Below are positions 57,801 through 64,000 of a stretch of 64,000 nt of DNA, piece by piece. The stretch covers positions 18,498,101-18,562,100 of the forward strand of contig NC_092677.1 of NCBI RefSeq assembly GCF_964355755.1, read 5' to 3'. The DNA is from Antedon mediterranea (taxonomy: Eukaryota; Animalia; Echinodermata). Every line of letters starts with the position of its first letter. Position 1 is the stretch's first letter. The position numbers were made by a program, and so were the translations under genes. Under the pieces are notes generated by a model, which made no database searches, was not told the DNA's origin, and was given only the letters and a program-made list of their open reading frames with translations.

Positions 57801-60310
57801 CAAATTCAAATGATTGAGCAAATCCAGAGACGGGCCACCCGGTTGATCTTACATCAACGTCGTCAGGAACAGTCATATGAGGGGAGACTAGACACTCTTG
57901 ATATCCCATCCACAATCGCTATTAGAGATTGTTATACTGTTCTATTTGTTTGCAATGTTTTACTTTATCATCAAAGATCTATTATTTATAATTTACTCAT
58001 AGTTAATAATCGTCATGATACTCTCACTTTCAAGCATCTTCGCTCCAGTAATGATATGTCAAAATTTTGCATCCCGACCAGATTCACTAGAACTTGGAAT
58101 TCCATACCCAATCAGATTCGTGATATTTTTGTTAATGGTTCTTTTATTAATTTTAAATTATCTCTAAAGCTATATTTTAAATCTCGGAGAGAAACTTTTT
58201 AAATTTTTAAATGAAATGATATGTCTACTTTATTTGTATATATTCTTGTTATTTGTTATTTATGTGTTGGAGAGACATACCTTACCGGTGACAGCGTTTG
58301 TTTAATGCTTTTGTCTTTCCTCGGCCTCGTGTCTTGTTTTTCATATATATATATATATATATATTTTTATGTTTTTTGTAATTATTATTTTATGTTTATT
58401 GCCGAAATGAATAAAATAAAAATAAAAATACTTTTAGATATTTTATTCACTAATTCGTTGATATGGTATTTCCAAGTTAACTGCTCATCTACGAAGACAC
58501 CGAAAAATTGTGTTTGCTCTACTCTTTGAATGTCATCATTGTTAAGTACAATTTTTAAATTATTTACATCATCAGTCTTCTTTTTTTTTTTACTAAAAAT
58601 AATATAATTACATTTCCTTGAATTTAATGATAATCTATTAGACTTAAACCATTCCAAACAGAATTTCTATGTTTTTCCTAAAACAAATGATAATAAATGA
58701 TACTTGACTTGACTTGACTTGACTTGATTCACAAATATAATGTAATTGGTTGTTGGCAGTACTATATAATTCATAGATGTCATCATTACTGTAAAATATA
58801 TTTGTATCATCGGCATATAGTATAAATGAAAAAAGATCCGATGTCTTAAAAATGTCATTAACATATAAAATAAATAATAGTGGTCCAAGTAGTGACCCTT
58901 GTGGTACTCCACATGTCAGGTTTCAGTTCCGACAGCAAAGATTCATATTTAGTACACTGGGATCGATTTTCAAGGTAACTTTTAAACCATTGTAATGCAA
59001 CACCACGGATTCCATAATAACTTATATACTAAAATGTTATGGTTTATCGTATCAAAGGCTTTGGATAGATCTAAAAAAAATACCTATTGCATGTGATTTG
59101 TTCTCAAATGCATTTGAAGAGCCATTGAAGAAGAAAATTTGCTACGAAAACCATATTGACCATTATGAAGAATATTGTATCTAGATTATCTAGGCCTAGA
59201 AAAGAAACAATTCTAACAAAGGCAATACGTTCTAAACTTTTGGAGAAGCATGATAAAATAGAAATTGGTCTATAATTTCTAATGTCTCTTTTGTCTCCAG
59301 ATTTGTAAACGGGTGTAATCTTAACTATTTTTAGTTGTCTAGGAAAAATACCCTTAACTAATGATGCGTTAAAAATATTGCAGAACGGTTTGCAAATTAA
59401 GGCTGCTACTGCTTTAATCACATTAGGACATAATCAGTCTAACCCAGCAGCTTTATTATTTTTAAAATTATTTATTATAATCACATATTTCTTCTTCGGT
59501 CGTTGGAAAAAAGTACATTGAATGGTTGTTTGGTAGTTTTAAATAATCATTATAATCAGTGTTTCCAGAGGGATTTTTTTCTATCAAGTGAAGGACCAAT
59601 TTGTGTAAAAAAGTCATTAAATGCATTTGCAATATCTTGCGGTTGATCCAAAGACCGACCATCACAAATAAAATTAGTATTTTGTTTTTATTTGACTTTT
59701 CTGTTTTAATAAATTATTTATTACATCCCATGTTTTCTTTATGTTCGATTTAGTATTGGAAAATTGTTCGTTATGATAAGCTAATTTAGATGTTTTTACA
59801 AGAGTATTCAATTTATTTCTAAAAGTTTTATACTTCAACTCATTTGGGCCTGTTGGATTTTTAAGAAACTTTTTATACAGTTTATTCTTATGCTTAATAG
59901 ACTGTAAAATACCCTTGGTCATCCATGGTTTTAATTTTCTCTTATTTTTGTTTTTAACAGTATGCAATGGAAAATTGTTTTGGTATACTGTTGTAAATTT
60001 GGATTGGAACAAATTATAAGGGTTAGACAAAGACATTGCATCATCCCAATCGTTTGTGGCCAGATCTTGTTTAAAATTTTCAATATTTAGAGTATTAATT
60101 AGGCGATACGGCTGAATAGGGACGTCATTTTGAAATGAATCATTTGTAAATGAAGTGATTTGAAAAATTGGCAAATGATCGCTAACGTCACAATATAATA
60201 TACCACTTGTGACAGGTAGATCATGTGAATTTGTTATAATAATATCAATCAATGTAGCAGTATTACTAGTGATTCGAGTCGGTCTATTTATTAAGGGTAA
60301 ATAGAAATTA
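54850..60310 (-). mobile_element. Degenerate CR1/L2-group LINE (host), interrupted at 55093-58427 by a younger LINE
   Basis: Frameshifted ORF2 pieces: PTR..ATLID, SDHLP (APE), NYRPISIL..FSK.LE, DLSKAFDT, GVPQG, YADD, then KISKS|IGVINRIK across the insertion. Confidence 0.88.
55093..58427 (+). mobile_element. Near-complete CR1-group LINE ORF2 (PHD-APE-RT) with a single frameshifting deletion
   Basis: ORFs 55111-56922 and 56928-58202: PHD C4HC3, NARSL, ITETWL, GDFN, SDH, GVPQGSVLGP, YADD; 3' UTR ends in (AATAA)n; 4-bp ATAC junction duplication. Confidence 0.93.
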
Positions 60311-60779
60311 CTATATAATATATTTAAGATATAAGATATTTAAACATAATCTTATAATGCAATATACCATTTTATCATATATATTTATAATATATCGAAT
60401 CTCTTTTTAATACTGAATATCAATCTCTATATCGTTTTAGCTCTGTAATATAAATTTTCTCTGTATACATGTTTGTTTTATCTAGATTTCAACAAAATAT
60501 CAAAATATTTTATATAATCTTTTAACCTCTGTCTGTGTAATATCACTTAAATATTCATTGATAAATAGATAGATAGACATATTATATATATTATACTGTA
60601 ACCTTCACCATATTGTTTATCATTGCAATAAAAGTGGGTTGCTCCCACAAAAGAGAAAAAAATAATATATTTAAAAAGTCTTGTGTTGAGTTTATATTCG
60701 TATATCGTAAAAGGTCTCTAATAAAGTCGCCCATAGTTTAGCTTATTTTCTTTATCTATTGTTGTAATGATTTTATCAA

Positions 60780-62350
60780 AAAAAAAAAAAAAATCTTCGA
60801 CCTGATGACAACCTCTCCATTGGAAAAATAACTCCACTGAGATATTGTTTCAAACATGTTCCTAGATTGGATAAAATCGGTGGAGGGGTTGGAATTTTAT
60901 TTAAATATAGTCTAAGTGATGAAAAATTATGTTAATGTTTATTCTTCATTTGAATCAATACATTTACAGTTTACATTAAGTTCAAACACAATTTATATTG
61001 TATGCATCTATAGACCACCGAGTTTGTCTGTCACCGACTTTCTTAATGAATTTGAAAATATGATTTTTGATTATCTCATTATTCCATCAGAAGTCATTTT
61101 TTGTGGTGATTTTAATATCCAAATTGATAAAAATGAGAATATCGCTGCAAATAAATTTAATCGTCTATTGCAGTCTTTCAATCTTATACAGCATGTAAAT
61201 GAACCTACGCATGATGGTGGTCATTGTCTTGATCTCATTATTACAGAGAAGTTTCTTTGATCTCGGGGATCACTGTAAAACCGGGTATCTCTGATCATTT
61301 ATCTATACTTTGTAGTCTCGCCTTCAAGAAACCACCTCTTCCTAAATCTAAAATTAAAATCCGAAATATAAACAGTATTGATACATCAAAGTTTTCAAAT
61401 GACATACAAGCTCGGTTGTCTGATATGCATAATGGTACTTTGCAAGAAAATATTGAAAGATACTGTTCTTTAAGAGAAGTTATGGATAAACACGCACCTT
61501 TAAAAACAAATAGTTTATCAAACTCAATTCTTCAAAACCGTGGTATACTGATGAAATTAGATCTGCGAGAAAACTCCGTCGCGTATTTGTGAGAAAATGG
61601 ATGAAATAAAAAAAAAAAACCTTAGATAGACAGAAATATTGTCATCAGCGGTGTATTGTTAGTATGCTTGTTGAAAGTGCTAAAGAACGATATTATTCTG
61701 ATCTGGTCGAAGATTGCTCAGGTGATCAGAAGAAGCTGTTTAAAGTTGTAAATAATCTTTTACACCGTTCTAAATCGTCGGTGCTTCCATTTTCTCACTC
61801 AGATGAGTTGCTTGAAGAAATATTTTCCGTGTTTTTTAAAAATAAAATTTTTAATATTCGTAAAGTTCTTGTTTAAGATAGTGCTGGAAGTTTGTATGAT
61901 TACTTTAATAACGACGTATGCTGTGAAAATTATTTCCCTTTGAAAATTTGAACCTGCAAATAAAAAAGAAATTTCTGAAATTGTCAAAATCTCGCCTGCT
62001 AAATCTTGCAGTCTTGATCCAGTTCCTACTGTTTTTTTTTGTTCCACTAATTACACGTGTCGTTAATCTGTCTTTGAAAACTGGGGTTTTCCCAGATATT
62101 TGTAAACTCTCGCACATACGTCCTCAATTAAAGAAATCGGGTCTTGATTCTGAAATGCTATCAAATTACAGACCAGTATCAAATCTGTGTTTTCTTGGAA
62201 AAGTAATTGAAAAATTGGTATCTCAACGTATACTATCACACGTAAAGGATAATTCTTTACTTGATCCGTTTCAATCAGTGTATAAAGCATATCACAGTAC
62301 TGAAACTGCACTGCTGCGCGTTAGCAATGGTATACTTCGTGCGATGGATG
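60780..62350 (+). mobile_element. Degenerate L2-type LINE fragment (APE and RT N-terminus)
   Basis: IYRPP, GDFNI, PTH..GH.LDLII, ISDH, NYRPVSNL.FLGKVIE, HSTETALLRV; multiple frameshifts. Confidence 0.88.
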
Positions 62351-62713
62351 TGTATTACATAATTCTTTTTTCTTGTTAATGTAAACTTGGTCAGGGGGAC
62401 GCATTTTATCCAATTTTTACGACACTGTTTTCTAACCATTTTATGATAATACTAAAAACTTGCCATGTTTTAACCTTTTTAAACATTTAAAATATTAAAA
62501 TATTTGTTTGAGTTTAACCATTTTATCAGATTTGTTATTGTTATATTATGTTTATTACATGTAAGTGACAAGTAAGACAATTTTGCACAAAGTGCTTGAC
62601 GAAATAAATACATTGAACTGAATCGAATATATTCTTATTTGATATCTAAATCATTATTATAATTATGATCATTATAATGTCTTCATTTTTATTTTTTTTC
62701 CGAAAAAAATTAG

Positions 62714-64000
62714 ACAACGAGGCTCCAATTTTTTATACTTGTCCATCAAATATTACTATGGCTACTGATTCTAATCAAGCATCAGCAATAGTGAACTGGA
62801 GTGACCCAAGTGTGTCGGACAACAGTGGAGAGCTCTTGTTGAGTGTTCAGTCTCATCTGTCTGGTGACATGTTTAGAATAGGGCAAACATTAGTTGTATA
62901 TAATGCAACTGATCCTTACAACAACATAGCAGTTTGTTCTTTCATTATTTATATTTATGGTAAGTGCTGATTTTGTTTTATGATACATATGTTGATGTCC
63001 TGTAAGATAATATAACAACCACAGAAGAATTCAGCCCTCTTTATATAGTATAGTTTGAAAATGACTTGGCGTGACCGAGTTATTTTCCATAATGTTACCT
63101 GTGTTGAAAATCATGATAGTGTGTTAAACTTAGAAACACTTTTATTTGTAATGATAGTATCTCAATTTTGGTTTCAAGTTGATTTTGTTCACTCGAAATG
63201 TTTTACATTACATTTAGTATTTCTTCAATTTACTATTGTTAATTTTCAATAGATGATGATGATCCAAACTTGCAGTGCCCGTCTGATATTACAACTAATA
63301 CAACATATGGCCAACATGACACATACAATGTCACCTGGAGTAATCCGATTGTAAATGACAATTCTGGTGAAGTTATAAAACCAACGTCCAAGTACACATC
63401 TGGAAACAATGCTTTTAACATTGGAAGTACTGTTGTTATATATGATGCAGTTGATAGTTCAGGCAATGCAGCAATGTGCAACTTTACAATTACTGTTACT
63501 GGCAAGTATTCTTCCATTGTTTGTTGTATTTCAATTGAATATAATTTAAAATCAAAGCATTGCATGTGCCTTTGCAAAGATGAAAACAAAACACGGGGCG
63601 GAAATAAGTTATTCATCAGGAATCAATGTAATTTCCCGGTATTTTTAAAACATACGCAACATTTTTTAAACGTTAGTTTATTGTAGTTCTTAAAGTAACC
63701 CAGTTTTAGATTAGTATTTAAATATACTTTGATATTTACATTAATTTATTTACATATAAATATTACAGTGCTCTATTTTATTTTAGATAAGAAAAATCCA
63801 GTTATCAATAACTGTCCAATTGATACGACAGTAAACACTACTACGGGACTACCGACTGCTAATATCTCTTGGATAGAACCAACAGCAATTGACAATTCTG
63901 GGTATTGGGGTCTCACAGCAGACATTGGACCAGGAAGTGAGTTCCCAATTGGCAATATTGTGGTGACATACACTGCTGAAGATCCATATGAAAATACTGC
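62714..64000 (+). CDS. HYR-domain (hyalin-repeat) protein, three internal exons, partial
   Basis: Phase-1 exons 62714-62959, 63253-63501 and 63787->64000 each encode one HYR repeat (D.E.P...CP.NI...T......V.W..P...DNSG......F.IG.T.V.Y.A.D..GN.A.C.F.I.V). The second exon appears to use a GC donor. First exon not identified. Confidence 0.88.

Overview
AT-rich eukaryotic genomic DNA from a marine-invertebrate-like animal (an echinoderm is plausible, but that is inference). The main content is a tandem cluster of three paralogous DEG/ENaC (ASIC-superfamily) ion channel genes on the minus strand. Gene A has exons 1-9 in the window (11461->1007) and runs off the left edge. Gene B (32026->16098, 11 exons, 628 aa) and gene C (50853->36125, 11 exons, 629 aa) are complete. 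All three carry a ~160-aa extra domain, encoded by one exon, in the knuckle region, and lack the classic ASIC proton-sensing motifs. A HYR-repeat (hyalin-like) gene on the plus strand has exons from ~62.7 kb. Introns and spacers are packed with transposons: non-autonomous Helitrons, an Academ-type element, a Neptune-type Penelope element with a hammerhead ribozyme, tRNA-derived SINEs, a tandem repeat carrying a tRNA-Asp(ATC)-like cloverleaf, nested CR1/L2 LINEs, and a 3.4-kb near-perfect palindrome made of two Mutator-like foldback insertions 30 bp apart. Exons and junctions were read by hand, so repeat boundaries may be off by a few bases.
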